Shown here: piece after piece, positions 9,937-20,410 of the stretch | Layout of the letters: each line of letters opens with the position of its first letter | How positions within the stretch are numbered: position 1 is the stretch's first letter | Translations under genes and position numbers: made by a program | The notes under the pieces: model-generated | The model's database searches: none | Seen by the model: the letters and a program-made list of their open reading frames with translations, nothing else | Told to the model about the DNA's origin: nothing | NCBI GenBank assembly: GCA_038883715.1 | Contig: JAVZLS010000002.1 | Span: 64,001-128,000, forward strand | DNA length: 64,000 nucleotides | DNA from: Candidatus Bathyarchaeia archaeon | Lineage (GTDB): Archaea > Thermoproteota > Bathyarchaeia > Bathyarchaeales > Bathycorpusculaceae | Reading direction: 5' to 3'

Positions 9937-9954
9937 AAAAGGGAAGTCTAAAAG

Positions 9955-11874
9955 TTGGCGCCCAACACTGAAAGGGAGAAAATCGAAATAAGTAAATACA
10001 TACTTGAGCATGTCCCAAAAGAGGCTGAAGTCACAAGGGTAGAATATGAAGGCCCAATGCTGGCGGTCTACGCAAAAAGACCGGAAATCCTCGTGGAGCA
10101 GAGCAGCCTAATCGCAGACATAGTAAACGTCATCAGAAAAAGAATAGTCGTCCGCTCAGACCCATCTGTAAGGCTTCCAGAGAAAGAAGCAGAGAAAATA
10201 GCTCGAGAAATAATTCCGCCAGAGGCTGAAGTCACAGACGTGTACTTTGATCCAAGTCTTGGCGAAATAATCATTGAGGCTAAAAAGCCGGGGCTAGTCA
10301 TTGGAAAAAATGGGGCTGTCTTGCAGGAAATTATAAAGAGGACAAAGTGGCGCCCCCATGTTTTGAGAAGCCCACCGCTTCGCTCTAAGATTATTGCGCA
10401 CATGCGTCACTATCTCCATTCTGAGAGCAAGGAAAGGGAGCGGAACCTCCGCACATTTGGCGAAAGAATCTTCAGACCAAAAGTCTTCGAGGTCGGAGAT
10501 GTTCGAATCACGCCCTTAGGCGGCGTTCAAGAGGTTGGACGCTCGGCTTTTCTTGTGCAGACAAGAGAAAGCAACATCCTCTTGGACTGCGGCATAAATC
10601 CGGGCTCGTCGAAGCCTTTTGAGGCTTTTCCAAGGTTTGACCATCCAGCTTTCGAGATAGACTCGCTGGACGCTGTTGTTATAAGCCACGCCCACCTCGA
10701 CCACTGCGGCTTAGTGCCATTCCTATACAAGTATGGCTACGAAGGCCCCGTTTACTGTTCCGCTCCAACATCCAACCTCATGACCCTGCTTCAGCTTGAC
10801 TATTTAGATGTGGCTAGCAAGCAGGGTATAATCCCGCCCTATGACCAAAAGGATGTTCGAGAATGCGTCCTTCACACGATTCCGCTTCGTTACGGCGTTG
10901 TAACGGATATTGCCCCAGACGTGCGGCTGACACTGCATAATGCCGGGCACATTTTAGGCTCTTCAATAGTGCATTTGCACATTGGCGAAGGCTTGCACAA
11001 CATTGTTTATACTGGTGACTACAAGTATGCGCGAACCATGCTTCTAGAGGCGGCAACAGCCGAATTTCCAAGAGTTGAAACTGTCATAACTGAAAGCACT
11101 TATGGCGGTTCGGAGGACATAATGCCTTCAAGGGTTGAGGCTGAAGAACGTCTAACAAAAATAGTAAATGAAACCCTAGAGAAAAGAGGCAAGGTCTTAA
11201 TTCCAGTTCCAGCTGTTGGCAGAGCGCAAGAAATAATGCTTGTTTTGGACGGCTACATGAAGCGTGGGCTGATGAAGGAGGCTCCAGTCTTCATTGAAGG
11301 TATGATTTCTGAAGCTACGGCAATCCACACGGCTTATCCAGAATACTTGGGCAGGGAAGTCAGAAACAGCATCCTCCACGATGGGGTGAACCCCTTCGAG
11401 TCGGACTACTTCACAGTTGTTGAGCATCCAAGCGTTAGACAAAGCGTGATTGACGGAGAGCCGTGCATAATCATGGCTACTTCAGGCATGCTTGAGGGCG
11501 GACCAGTAATAGAATACTTCAAAAGCCTAGCAGAAAATGAGATAAACACTATAGTCTTTGTAAGCTACCAGATTGAGGGCACTTTAGGTAGACGTGTTCA
11601 AAAGGGCATAAACGAGGTGGCAATGATTGACAGCGAGGGCAAAATGAGTGTTGTAAAAGTGAGGATGCGTGTAGAATCCATAGAAGGCTTTTCGGGGCAC
11701 TCTGATAGGCGGCAGATAATAAACTACATAACACATCTGAAGCCTAGGCCAGAACGGGTAATAGTTTGCCACGGTGAGCGGGCAAAAATAGCCAGCATAT
11801 CCAATTTCATAGAGAAAAAGTGTGGAATCCAGAGCTTTGCGCCCGCGGTTATGGAAACAATTAGGCTGCTGTAG
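9955..11874 (+). CDS. fttA: KH-domain beta-CASP ribonuclease aCPSF1 (FttA transcription termination factor)
   Basis: KH domains (KPGLVIGKNG), HAHLDH, NAGHILGS, GFSGHSD; conserved psmB-aCPSF1 adjacency. Confidence 0.95.
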   Translation: MAPNTEREKIEISKYILEHVPKEAEVTRVEYEGPMLAVYAKRPEILVEQSSLIADIVNVIRKRIVVRSDPSVRLPEKEAEKIAREIIPPEAEVTDVYFDPSLGEIIIEAKKPGLVIGKNGAVLQEIIKRTKWRPHVLRSPPLRSKIIAHMRHYLHSESKERERNLRTFGERIFRPKVFEVGDVRITPLGGVQEVGRSAFLVQTRESNILLDCGINPGSSKPFEAFPRFDHPAFEIDSLDAVVISHAHLDHCGLVPFLYKYGYEGPVYCSAPTSNLMTLLQLDYLDVASKQGIIPPYDQKDVRECVLHTIPLRYGVVTDIAPDVRLTLHNAGHILGSSIVHLHIGEGLHNIVYTGDYKYARTMLLEAATAEFPRVETVITESTYGGSEDIMPSRVEAEERLTKIVNETLEKRGKVLIPVPAVGRAQEIMLVLDGYMKRGLMKEAPVFIEGMISEATAIHTAYPEYLGREVRNSILHDGVNPFESDYFTVVEHPSVRQSVIDGEPCIIMATSGMLEGGPVIEYFKSLAENEINTIVFVSYQIEGTLGRRVQKGINEVAMIDSEGKMSVVKVRMRVESIEGFSGHSDRRQIINYITHLKPRPERVIVCHGERAKIASISNFIEKKCGIQSFAPAVMETIRLL

Positions 11875-12232
11875 CTATAGGCTCGCTTGCCACCGGCGTT
11901 TTCTCTCTCCAAATTCTCACGTTAGGCGGACAAATAACCACACGTTCCTCGCCTAGGCGGGCTATGTCTCCGCCGACAGACTCAACAAACTCGCATAACT
12001 CGTTAACAGCCTTCTTAACATCGTCCACGCTCTTATTTGCGAGAGGAGTTATCCTAAGAATTAGTATGTTTCCGGAGCGCACCTCCTTCTTAACAACGTC
12101 CAAGTCGGATAAGTCTCGAAGGGGCATAGCCTTCAAGAAGGTTTTGCCGGGCTTCTCCTTGGCTTCCGTTTTCGGCGTTTCCGCCTTTCCCTCTTTCTTG
12201 TATTTGCGGAAGAGTTCACCTAAACCCGGCAA
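11861..12232 (-). CDS. sepF: Cell division protein SepF (archaeal)
   Basis: EVRSGNILILRITPL...GGDIARLGEERVVICPPNVRI. Confidence 0.85.
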   Translation of the reverse strand: MPGLGELFRKYKKEGKAETPKTEAKEKPGKTFLKAMPLRDLSDLDVVKKEVRSGNILILRITPLANKSVDDVKKAVNELCEFVESVGGDIARLGEERVVICPPNVRIWREKTPVASEPIATAA

Positions 12233-12379
12233 ACTTCTCCTCTCTACTAAGCCCTTTATAACCTATTTACCCCTTTTAAGAGTTTAAGCGTTTCCTTATC
12301 GAATGGTGCTCTGAACCTAAAATACAGATTAGTGTTAATAGGTTTATGAATCTAAAATGTGGATTTGAACTTACTTTTG

Positions 12380-12886
12380 CTATGCACTTGCCAACTCCTT
12401 TATAGTTTTCCAGACTTTATCGCCAACGTAGTGGACGTTTTTGACCACAACGCCATGCTTAACTCCAGCAGCCTCCCCTGAGTTGTAAAGGATTTCGCCT
12501 ACAGCAATAGGCTTGCCATGTTTCTCATCCACAACCAAAGCCACGTCGCCTCTCAAAAATTCTCTTTCAAAGCGTAGAATTCCAGGAGCCATCACATCTG
12601 CGCCATTACAAATGTGAGGGACAGCCCCCATGTCCACGACAACCCTTGGCAAAAAACCGAAAACTTCTTTGAAAAGGAGGGTTGGGTAAACGTTTTCTCC
12701 GCTTTTGAAAAGTGCTGGTTCTCCATTTATGAGGTAAATCTCGCCAAAATCTGCTTCAACAACCTCCACTTTTGGAGTACTTGCAAAGCACTTTTTCAAA
12801 GCTATTTTCAGCCTTTTTGAGGCTTTTTCCAAAAGATTCCTAGCCTCTTTATCCTTTAGGAAATGCCTTTTAAACCTTTTAGACAT
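12380..12886 (-). CDS. PUA-domain RNA-binding protein (DUF1947 + PUA, Tma20/MCT-1-like)
   Basis: VVVDMGAVPHICNGADVMAPGI, HYVGD. Confidence 0.9.
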   Translation of the reverse strand: MSKRFKRHFLKDKEARNLLEKASKRLKIALKKCFASTPKVEVVEADFGEIYLINGEPALFKSGENVYPTLLFKEVFGFLPRVVVDMGAVPHICNGADVMAPGILRFEREFLRGDVALVVDEKHGKPIAVGEILYNSGEAAGVKHGVVVKNVHYVGDKVWKTIKELASA

Positions 12887-12967
12887 AGTTTTCCGCTTCT
12901 CGCTTAGATAGGTTTAAATGGTATAATTTAAGTATAAAAAGGGTAAATGTCTAATTGAGGTCTGCGA

Positions 12968-13195
12968 ATGAGCGAGATGACTACCGAAATCCTTGAGCAG
13001 AACCTTGGAAAAATAGTGCTTGTAAGGTTGAAGGGTGGAAAAAGCCTCAGGGGAAGATTGAAGGGCTTTGACCAACACTTAAACCTTGTTCTTGAGGATA
13101 CGGAAGACACGACGGATGCTGAAAACACTAAGAAGCTCGGCTTAATAATTGTCCGCGGAGACAACGTCGTTCTAATATCGCCGCCGCCTAGGTGA
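12968..13195 (+). CDS. Lsm/Sm-like RNA-binding protein (SmAP1)
   Basis: [27 protein letters not shown]; upstream of rpl37e. Confidence 0.95.
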   Translation: MSEMTTEILEQNLGKIVLVRLKGGKSLRGRLKGFDQHLNLVLEDTEDTTDAENTKKLGLIIVRGDNVVLISPPPR

Positions 13196-13200
13196 AAATT

Positions 13201-13389
13201 TTGGGAAAGGGAACACCTTCCTTTGGGAAACGTGCTGGCAAAACGCTTCACATACGCTGTAGGCGTTGTGGAAGGAGAGCCTACAACGTTTCTAAAAAGC
13301 GGTGTGCTGCATGCGGCTATGGGGCGTCAACAACTATTAGGCGCTATTCTTGGCAGACTAAAAACCTTAACAGGGAAAGAATCCGCTAA
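13201..13389 (+). CDS. rpl37e: 50S ribosomal protein L37e
   Basis: [11 protein letters not shown]...[12 protein letters not shown]...CAACGYG; TTG at 13201 preferred over 13192. Confidence 0.95.
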   Translation: MGKGTPSFGKRAGKTLHIRCRRCGRRAYNVSKKRCAACGYGASTTIRRYSWQTKNLNRERIR

Positions 13390-14000
13390 AACTCGTTGTT
13401 GTTATAGTAGCCCTTATCAATTCTGACGAATATGAGCGGTCCTTTGCTTCTTGTTAGTTCCCTAGCCTTGCGCAAAGTGTTGTTTACGACGTTTAGCACT
13501 TGTTCTTGATCGCTTGCGTACTTCCTCTTGTTTTCGCCTAACTCCATTTTTAGGAGGTTTTCAGCCAAAATTGCTGTTCCGCAGATTTCGCCGTTCTTGA
13601 TAAGGGTTGATATGACGACTTCTTGCATTTCTCTGCGGTTGGTAAGCCTCCTCCATATGGGTTCTGCATTGTTTAGGATTTTTGTCACTTTGTTCCACTT
13701 TTGGGCTTCCTCGTTGCCTATTAGAAGTTTTACCCTCTCCCCCCACTTTTTCAACCATATGCCAGTCCACAAGTCTATGAACTCTTCAAGCTCTTTAGGC
13801 TCTTTCTGATAGAACTCTTCAAGCTTGTCAGCGAGTTCAAACTCGTTCGCCTCCTTGCCCACAAGGTTCCAGTAAACCTTCAAATAGTTGGTGAAGTCTT
13901 GGCATGCTATCTGCAAAACCTTCCGGTCAGCGCCGAAAATATCCAGCATTGGATTTTTGCTCTTCAACTTCTCAGACAACAGTACCTCGATGAAATTCAT
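13386..14000 (-). CDS. Hypothetical protein (soluble, helical)
   Basis: 204-aa ORF with native composition; no motif recognised. Confidence 0.7.
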   Translation of the reverse strand: MNFIEVLLSEKLKSKNPMLDIFGADRKVLQIACQDFTNYLKVYWNLVGKEANEFELADKLEEFYQKEPKELEEFIDLWTGIWLKKWGERVKLLIGNEEAQKWNKVTKILNNAEPIWRRLTNRREMQEVVISTLIKNGEICGTAILAENLLKMELGENKRKYASDQEQVLNVVNNTLRKARELTRSKGPLIFVRIDKGYYNNNEF

Positions 14001-14121
14001 TGTTTTCGAAGCCCTCTCCGCTCTAATACTAAGATTAAAGTTTTAATTAAGCTTTATTTATGGTTGCTTCTATAACATTCTTAAGTAATTTTCAACCATA
14101 TTGCATGTTCCGTAATATTCC

Positions 14122-14772
14122 CTAACAAAGAAATTTTGGGAGCTCGCTGAAGTCCCTAATGATTAGGTCAGGCTTTTCATTTTCTAATTCTTCCCTCGTG
14201 AATATTCCGGACAAGACGGCGACCGTTTTCGCACCAGCATTTTTTCCAGCCTTAATATCTGCGACGGAATCGCCTACGATAGCACATTCGCCTACTTTAA
14301 CGCCTATCCGCTCAGCGCAGTCAACCAGCGCCTTAGGAGAAGGCTTCGGAAATCTCGTGTTCAATGCTGTCACAACACATTGGAAATATTTGGCTAAGCC
14401 CACCTTCTCCAGCCACTTTCCAATATTTTCGCATGGGACATAACGCATTGTTAATAGTGCAAGCCTAGCCTTTCTTGAAAGCATCTCAAGAGTTTTCTGC
14501 GTGTTTGGCAATAGTTTTGCCTTGTCTTCAGCAATCCTATAATAAGCCTCAAGATAGGCTTCTAGAAATTTTTCAATGTTTATTTTTGGCAATAAATCCT
14601 TTATTGGTAGGTTCTGCTCTAGTCTTCTCGGAATCTCTAAAATCAAGCTGGGGTTAAACTCTTTTACGCCAAGCTTTTCTAGGGCTTTTGCTAGGGCTTC
14701 GTGGTAGGCTTCTCTTGAATCTACAAGTGTGCCGTCCAAGTCTATGATTATCCCTTTAACTTTCAGCTTCAT
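14122..14772 (-). CDS. HAD-superfamily hydrolase (phosphoglycolate phosphatase-like)
   Basis: DLDGTLVDS, KPSP, VGDSVADIKAGKNAG. Confidence 0.92.
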   Translation of the reverse strand: MKLKVKGIIIDLDGTLVDSREAYHEALAKALEKLGVKEFNPSLILEIPRRLEQNLPIKDLLPKINIEKFLEAYLEAYYRIAEDKAKLLPNTQKTLEMLSRKARLALLTMRYVPCENIGKWLEKVGLAKYFQCVVTALNTRFPKPSPKALVDCAERIGVKVGECAIVGDSVADIKAGKNAGAKTVAVLSGIFTREELENEKPDLIIRDFSELPKFLC

Positions 14773-14893
14773 TCCTCTGCCTCTTTTGCCAGTTTACGCG
14801 CCTCTTGTTTCGATAAGTTTTTATCTATGGTTTATTGTCTAAAAGGATACCCGCTAAAAAGTATAAAAGGTTGAAGGTTTGGAGTATTAGGCT

Positions 14894-15202
14894 ATGGTTA
14901 GGAAGGCGCGGATACGCTTAACAAGCACAGACTACAAGAAGCTTGAGGAAGTGTGCCAAGAGCTTAAGGCAATAGCTGAAAAGACAGGGGTGAAAATGGT
15001 TGGGCCTATCCCATTGCCAACCAAGAGGCTTAAGGTTCCAGTTTTGAAGTCTCCATGCGGCGAAGGAACATCCACATGGGACAAGTGGGAGCTGCGCATC
15101 CACAAACGCTTGGTGGACATTGACGCTGAAGAACGTGCCATGAGAAGGATTATGCGTATCCGTGTCCCGGAGGAAGTGCACGTAACAATAGAGCTTCTCT
15201 AG
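14894..15202 (+). CDS. rpsJ: 30S ribosomal protein S10 (uS10)
   Basis: [40 protein letters not shown]. Confidence 0.96.
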   Translation: MVRKARIRLTSTDYKKLEEVCQELKAIAEKTGVKMVGPIPLPTKRLKVPVLKSPCGEGTSTWDKWELRIHKRLVDIDAEERAMRRIMRIRVPEEVHVTIELL

Positions 15203-15220
15203 TTTTATGTTTCGTGCCTT

Positions 15221-16030
15221 TTACAAGAGTATGAAGGATATTATTGTTAAGATTAGGCTTATGATAAAGGCCAAAGCCCAAACAGCCTTGTTCCAGAAGA
15301 AGATTTTAAAGCCGTCGAGCATTCCGAAGGGTATGAGATTGAGAAAGGCTATCCAAGCGTTTATCGCGAAACCTAGAAGGAACAGATATGTAAGGTTGCC
15401 GGTTGGTGCAAAATGCGTCGCTAGAAGAAACCCTAAGGATAATATGATGTTTGTTAATGGTCCAGCTATGGAGATTTTCCCGAGGTTTCTTTTGCTGGTT
15501 AACCCTGATACGACCACCGCTCCGGGCGATATAATCTTGAAGAGGGGCGAAACGATGGATATAGCTGTTAATATTAGGCCGAAAAGCATTATTCTGAATT
15601 CCGCCCATAAACCGCTTTTTTGAGCTGTGAATTTGTGGGATAGTTCGTGGATTAGGAAGGATGCCGTAACTATAACTCCAAACGCGAATAGCATGGGGAT
15701 GCCTCCAATATTTTGGATCATGGTTGGCGACATTCCTAGGGATAGTCCTATGCCCAAAACAAGTAGTGCTGCCACCGCTAGGTGTGTGACCTCTTTAGCG
15801 CTGAATCGAATCTGCCTTCTAGTTTCTATTGGAATGTATGTGATTGTGTACTCGATTGGCTTCCATGCTTGAGGGAATAGTGTCCGCTCTTCTTTTGCTG
15901 GGGCTCTTGCCGACTCGATTTTTGGGCATTCATGGTTTTCCGGTAAGCGGTGCTCAGTGCAGAAGTATCCTCCACAGTAGGGACACCTAAACGGCAGAAA
16001 GGTTTCTGTTCCACATTTTTGACACTTCAT
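15221..16030 (-). CDS. AN1-type zinc finger fused to M50 (site-2) intramembrane metalloprotease
   Basis: CQKC...CPYCGGYFCTEHRLPENHEC; HELSH; ISIAGP; NLIPFGMLDG. Confidence 0.88.
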   Translation of the reverse strand: MKCQKCGTETFLPFRCPYCGGYFCTEHRLPENHECPKIESARAPAKEERTLFPQAWKPIEYTITYIPIETRRQIRFSAKEVTHLAVAALLVLGIGLSLGMSPTMIQNIGGIPMLFAFGVIVTASFLIHELSHKFTAQKSGLWAEFRIMLFGLILTAISIVSPLFKIISPGAVVVSGLTSKRNLGKISIAGPLTNIILSLGFLLATHFAPTGNLTYLFLLGFAINAWIAFLNLIPFGMLDGFKIFFWNKAVWALAFIISLILTIISFILL

Positions 16031-16148
16031 TTTTGTGGCGCCCTTTAACCGCTTAAAATGGCTTTTTACTCTTTATATGTTTCTATCGGCGATGGGTTAA
16101 ACGTTAATAAGGGTATGCGTCCAGTTAATTTGGAAGGGTGGAGAAAGC

Positions 16149-17351
16149 GTGAAGGCTTTCAGTTTCGTTCATGCGGCAGACTTACATTTGGGCTATTCAC
16201 AGTATGGTTTAGAAGTGAGACGTGAAGACTTTGACAAGGCATTTAAGGAGCTTGTTGACAAAACCCTTGAGCTAAAACCCGCATTCCTCATAATTGCCGG
16301 AGACCTTTTTCACAATGCCAGGCCATCCAACGTCACATTGGAGAACGCCATAAAAAACTTTAGCAGGCTGCGGGAGGCTGGCATTCCAGTGCTGGTTGTT
16401 GACGGTTCCCATGACTCGGCGCCAAACGTTGTCACAAGCACTATCCTTAACCCGTTGGACAGTGCTGGGCTTATCTATTATCTGCCACGGCATGAGGGGG
16501 CTTGTTGGCGGAAACCTGAATGCTGCTACGTTTACGGAGTGCCCAACTATCGGACTAGGCGTAAAACCGAAGAGATGCTTCCAGCCTTTATGGAGCAGAA
16601 CAAGCCAACGCCAGACCCTTCGCTTTTTAACATTTTCGTCTTCCACATGGCACTTGACCTTCCAGAGGTTAACCCGCCATACATAGAGGCTGAAGCTCCC
16701 GTTGAGCTTATACCCGAAGGCTTCAATTATTATGCCGGCGGGCACGTTCACAAACCTTACATGGGAAAGCTCAAAACTGGATTGTTGGTTTATCCCGGAA
16801 GCACTGAGACAATAAATTATGACGAGGCTGGGAACGAGAAGGGCTTTTACTACGTGGAAGTGAACGAGAAGGGGGAGGCTAACTCACAGTTCATAAAATT
16901 GGAGTCTCCCCGCAAGTTTGTTGTTTTAGAGCAAGATTTTACTGGCGTTACAGCATCGAAAATCACCGAGCTTGCTGTCCAACTTGTGAAGGGCGCTGAT
17001 GTGGAGGGCGCTGTGCTTATTCCAGTTTTGCGTGGTGTCTTGCCAGTTGAGGCTAGCCGTGCAGAAGTTGACGTCGCCCAAATTCGGGGCGCCGCCGAGA
17101 AAGCTTTACTTGTCCATCCAGTGGTTTTGCTGCGGGAAAGCGAGGTTCCAGAGACCGTTGTTCGCTCCATATTCGAAAGCGAAATTAAGGATTTGAAAAC
17201 GAAAAGCTTCGAATATTTCTTGCAAATTTTCTCTGAACGCTACAGTCGGGAAGAAGCCGAAAAAATCGCCAAGGCTGCTGTTAACTTGATTGAGCCGCTT
17301 TCCAAAAAGCAGGACGAGAAGGTTAAGCAGATTTTGGAGGAGCTTATCTAA
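16149..17351 (+). CDS. mre11: DNA double-strand break repair nuclease Mre11
   Basis: HAADLHLG, IAGDLFH, GSHD, GHVH, YPGSTE; coupled to rad50. Confidence 0.93.
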   Translation: MKAFSFVHAADLHLGYSQYGLEVRREDFDKAFKELVDKTLELKPAFLIIAGDLFHNARPSNVTLENAIKNFSRLREAGIPVLVVDGSHDSAPNVVTSTILNPLDSAGLIYYLPRHEGACWRKPECCYVYGVPNYRTRRKTEEMLPAFMEQNKPTPDPSLFNIFVFHMALDLPEVNPPYIEAEAPVELIPEGFNYYAGGHVHKPYMGKLKTGLLVYPGSTETINYDEAGNEKGFYYVEVNEKGEANSQFIKLESPRKFVVLEQDFTGVTASKITELAVQLVKGADVEGAVLIPVLRGVLPVEASRAEVDVAQIRGAAEKALLVHPVVLLRESEVPETVVRSIFESEIKDLKTKSFEYFLQIFSERYSREEAEKIAKAAVNLIEPLSKKQDEKVKQILEELI

Positions 17352-19438
17352 TGAAAATCGAAGTTGTCCAATTGGAAAACATCCGCTCCCACGTGAAGTC
17401 TACAGTTCCATTTGCCAGAGGCTTCAATTGCCTCGTTGGCGGCTTGGGCTGCGGTAAATCCAGCATACTTTACGCCATAGACTTCGCCCTCTTCGGAGAC
17501 CCTTTAGGAAGGAGCTACGACTACCTTCTGCGGGATGGCGCCGAAACCGGAAGAGTTGTTGTCCAGTTCACCCACAACGGCAAGAGCTATAAAATATCGA
17601 GGGGCTTGAAGAGGCGTGGGAAGGGCATAAGCCAAGACTTTGACGAGCTTAAACTTTTTGAAGGCGAAACCATAATCGCAAGCGTGAAAAGCGACGCTGT
17701 CGCAGAACAGTTGAAGGCTATCACTGGCTTGGAGAAGGAGCTTTTCCGCGAAATTGTTTGGGTCCGCCAAGAACACCTAAAAGAACTTTTAGACGCCCCG
17801 CCCAGGGAGCGGCAAAAACGCCTAGACGAACTTTTTGGCTTGTCGGAATACGAAACAGCATGGAGCAACCTGGCTGGCTACCAAAAGGAATACGAAGGTG
17901 AAAAAAGAGTATACGAAAGAGACCCAGACGTCGCTGGAATTAAAAAGCTGAATGAGGAGTACAACAGCCTAGCCAGAGAATTCGCCCTATTAGAGATTGA
18001 CCTCCAAGAAACCACAAGAAAGCTCAACGAAGCCAAAAAAGCTTTGGAGGAGGCAGACCTCAAACTCAAAAAACTTGAGGAGCTTAAAACATCCGTAGAA
18101 AGCCTCAAACGCAAGGAAGCCCAAATACAAGCCAGCCTAACAAGCCTTGAAGATTCTTTGGCATCACTTGCTGAAAAAGTTGAAGGAAAAAAGGCAATAA
18201 TTGACAATCTGAAACAGCGCCTCAACACTATGGAATCACAAGCAAACGCCCACAAGGAAACGCTCAAAGAAATTGGGGTTCCGGCAGACCAGCCCGTTGA
18301 AAATTTGAGACAGCATCTTTCAGCCTTTGACGAGCAAATTGCAAGCCTAAAAGCTGAACAAGAGGCTATTCTTCGAAACCTCCAAGCAGACCAGCGGAGG
18401 CTTGCGTCTCTTTCAGCTGAAAACCGATGTCCGCTATGCCTCCAACCATTAAACGCTGATTATAAGACCAGCCTAATGGAGCGTATACAAAAAGAAAACG
18501 TGGAACGGCAAAAAACCATAAACCAGCTTCAAAAGGACATTGAGGAACTTCAGCAAATAAGGGAGAAAGCCAACTCCGCCATCTCCAACCTCCAGGCTCT
18601 TCTGCCCAGAATCGAAGACTTGAGAGCCCGCCTAAACGAGGAGTCTAGAGCTTTAGCCGAGCTTTCAAAGGAGTTTGAAGAGAAGCAGGAAATGGAGAAT
18701 ACGCTGAGAAACCAGCTGGAAGGCATACGCGCGGAAATAGGCAGATTTGACGTTTTCCAGCTTGAAACCGCCAGAAAGCTAAGAGAACAAGTTTTCCGGC
18801 AATATTATATGCTTGAATCTGAGCTGCGGACCAAGGAAAGCCGGAAAGAGGACATGATGCGGCGTCTAGACGAAATTAAGGATCGCATAGACCGAGCCCA
18901 GAAAAAGATTGAGGAGATGGAGAAACTTGACAAGATTTTGGGCGTTATTGGCGGTATCCGCGACGCCTATAGGAGCATTCAACCAAAATTGCGGAGCGAA
19001 TTTGTAAAAGTCTTGAAGAATTTTGTTCAGCAAATCCTAGACAGCCTAGTGGGCGAGGAAGGCGCACCAATAAATATCACAATAGATGAGACTTATACGC
19101 CGTATGTGATAAGCGAGACGGGCGTCGAAAGGGAGGTTTCAAACCTTTCTGGTGGGGAGCGAACCCTAATAGCTTTTGCATATCGCCTCGGGCTTGGTCA
19201 GTTGATAATGCAGTCGCGGACTGGTCACGGCTTAAGCCTCCTACTGCTTGACGAGCCGACAGAAAGCCTTGGAAGGGAGGATGGCTCAATAGACCGCTTG
19301 GCAGAAGCCATCTCAAGGTTTAAAGCTGTAGAACAGATAATCGCCGTAACCCATAGCGAGGCTTTCGCTGAAAAAGCCGAACACGTTATAAGGGTGGAGA
19401 AAGAGGCTGGGGAAAGCAAAATATCGGTCGAAAAATAA
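17351..19438 (+). CDS. rad50: DNA double-strand break repair ATPase Rad50
   Basis: Walker A GGLGCGKSS, coiled coils with zinc hook CPLC, LSGGE, LLLDEPT, VTH. Confidence 0.93.
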   Translation: MKIEVVQLENIRSHVKSTVPFARGFNCLVGGLGCGKSSILYAIDFALFGDPLGRSYDYLLRDGAETGRVVVQFTHNGKSYKISRGLKRRGKGISQDFDELKLFEGETIIASVKSDAVAEQLKAITGLEKELFREIVWVRQEHLKELLDAPPRERQKRLDELFGLSEYETAWSNLAGYQKEYEGEKRVYERDPDVAGIKKLNEEYNSLAREFALLEIDLQETTRKLNEAKKALEEADLKLKKLEELKTSVESLKRKEAQIQASLTSLEDSLASLAEKVEGKKAIIDNLKQRLNTMESQANAHKETLKEIGVPADQPVENLRQHLSAFDEQIASLKAEQEAILRNLQADQRRLASLSAENRCPLCLQPLNADYKTSLMERIQKENVERQKTINQLQKDIEELQQIREKANSAISNLQALLPRIEDLRARLNEESRALAELSKEFEEKQEMENTLRNQLEGIRAEIGRFDVFQLETARKLREQVFRQYYMLESELRTKESRKEDMMRRLDEIKDRIDRAQKKIEEMEKLDKILGVIGGIRDAYRSIQPKLRSEFVKVLKNFVQQILDSLVGEEGAPINITIDETYTPYVISETGVEREVSNLSGGERTLIAFAYRLGLGQLIMQSRTGHGLSLLLLDEPTESLGREDGSIDRLAEAISRFKAVEQIIAVTHSEAFAEKAEHVIRVEKEAGESKISVEK

Positions 19439-19445
19439 CTTGAAA

Positions 19446-20348
19446 CTAGTCCTCTTCAATAACTCTGTTTTCTAAAACGCCTATTCCTTCAATTTCTATT
19501 CTTACGGTGCTTCCGGGCTTCAGAAATTTTGGCTTCGGCTTCATGGCAAAGCCGACACCAGCCGGTGTCCCTGTGGCGATTATGTCGCATGGCTCTAATG
19601 TCATGACTTTGCTTAAGTGGTGAACTATTTCGTAAACGTTAAAAACCATATTTTTCGTTGTTGAGTCTTGGCGAAGTTCCTTGTCCACCCATGTTCTAAT
19701 GCGAAGGTTGGATGTGTCTGGCAGCTGGTTTTCCGTTGTTATGCATGGTCCGATAGGCGCAAAAGTGTCGAAACTTTTGCCTCTGGTCCATTGTCTATCC
19801 TTAAACTGAATGTCCCGCGCTGAAACATCATTTAAAATTGTGTATCCGAAAATATGTTTCCTCGCCTCTGAAACCGGCACATTTTTACCTTTTCGCCCTA
19901 TCACAATGGCTAACTCTGCCTCATAGTCGAGTTCCTTAACAAATCTTGGCTTAACAATATTCTCGTTTGGTCCAATTATGGTTGTGTGGGGCTTAAGAAA
20001 GATTATGGGTTCGTCTGGTATCTGTGTGTTTTGCTCCGCGGCATGGTCCCTATAATTCAGTCCTAAGCAGATGATTTTTGGCGGGTGAGCTATTGGCGCA
20101 AGAAGTCTTATCCCATTAACTGGCACAGAGTTTTTCTCGATGACATGTTCTGGAGCTTCCTCAAGAAGTCTTTCTACAGTTTTAATGGCTCTTTCCCCGC
20201 TTGTCACAAAGGTTTCTATCTTGCTTGGAAGCCGTCTGTGCACTGTTTTGGCGAGGCTTGGCAAGCAGACCACCCTTTTCTCATCGCTGGATAAAACACC
20301 GTAACTTTCCCTTTCTCCGTCCAAGTAGCGGACAAGCTTCATTGTCAT
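19446..20348 (-). CDS. Fumarylacetoacetate hydrolase family protein
   Basis: KIICLGLNYRDH, DYEAEL, NDVSARD, GKSFDTFAPIGP, TGTPAGVG. Confidence 0.93.
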   Translation of the reverse strand: MTMKLVRYLDGERESYGVLSSDEKRVVCLPSLAKTVHRRLPSKIETFVTSGERAIKTVERLLEEAPEHVIEKNSVPVNGIRLLAPIAHPPKIICLGLNYRDHAAEQNTQIPDEPIIFLKPHTTIIGPNENIVKPRFVKELDYEAELAIVIGRKGKNVPVSEARKHIFGYTILNDVSARDIQFKDRQWTRGKSFDTFAPIGPCITTENQLPDTSNLRIRTWVDKELRQDSTTKNMVFNVYEIVHHLSKVMTLEPCDIIATGTPAGVGFAMKPKPKFLKPGSTVRIEIEGIGVLENRVIEED

Positions 20349-20410
20349 ACCTTCTTTTGGCTATGATAACGCTCAATAATTTTCACTTTTAGGATTGAAA
20401 ATGTATAAAT

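Noticed and set aside
16149-19438. Mre11/Rad50-like defence system (SbcCD- or Wadjet-like)
   Set aside because: Canonical archaeal Mre11-Rad50 with zinc hook in a housekeeping context; absence of adjacent herA/nurA is not enough to call it novel.
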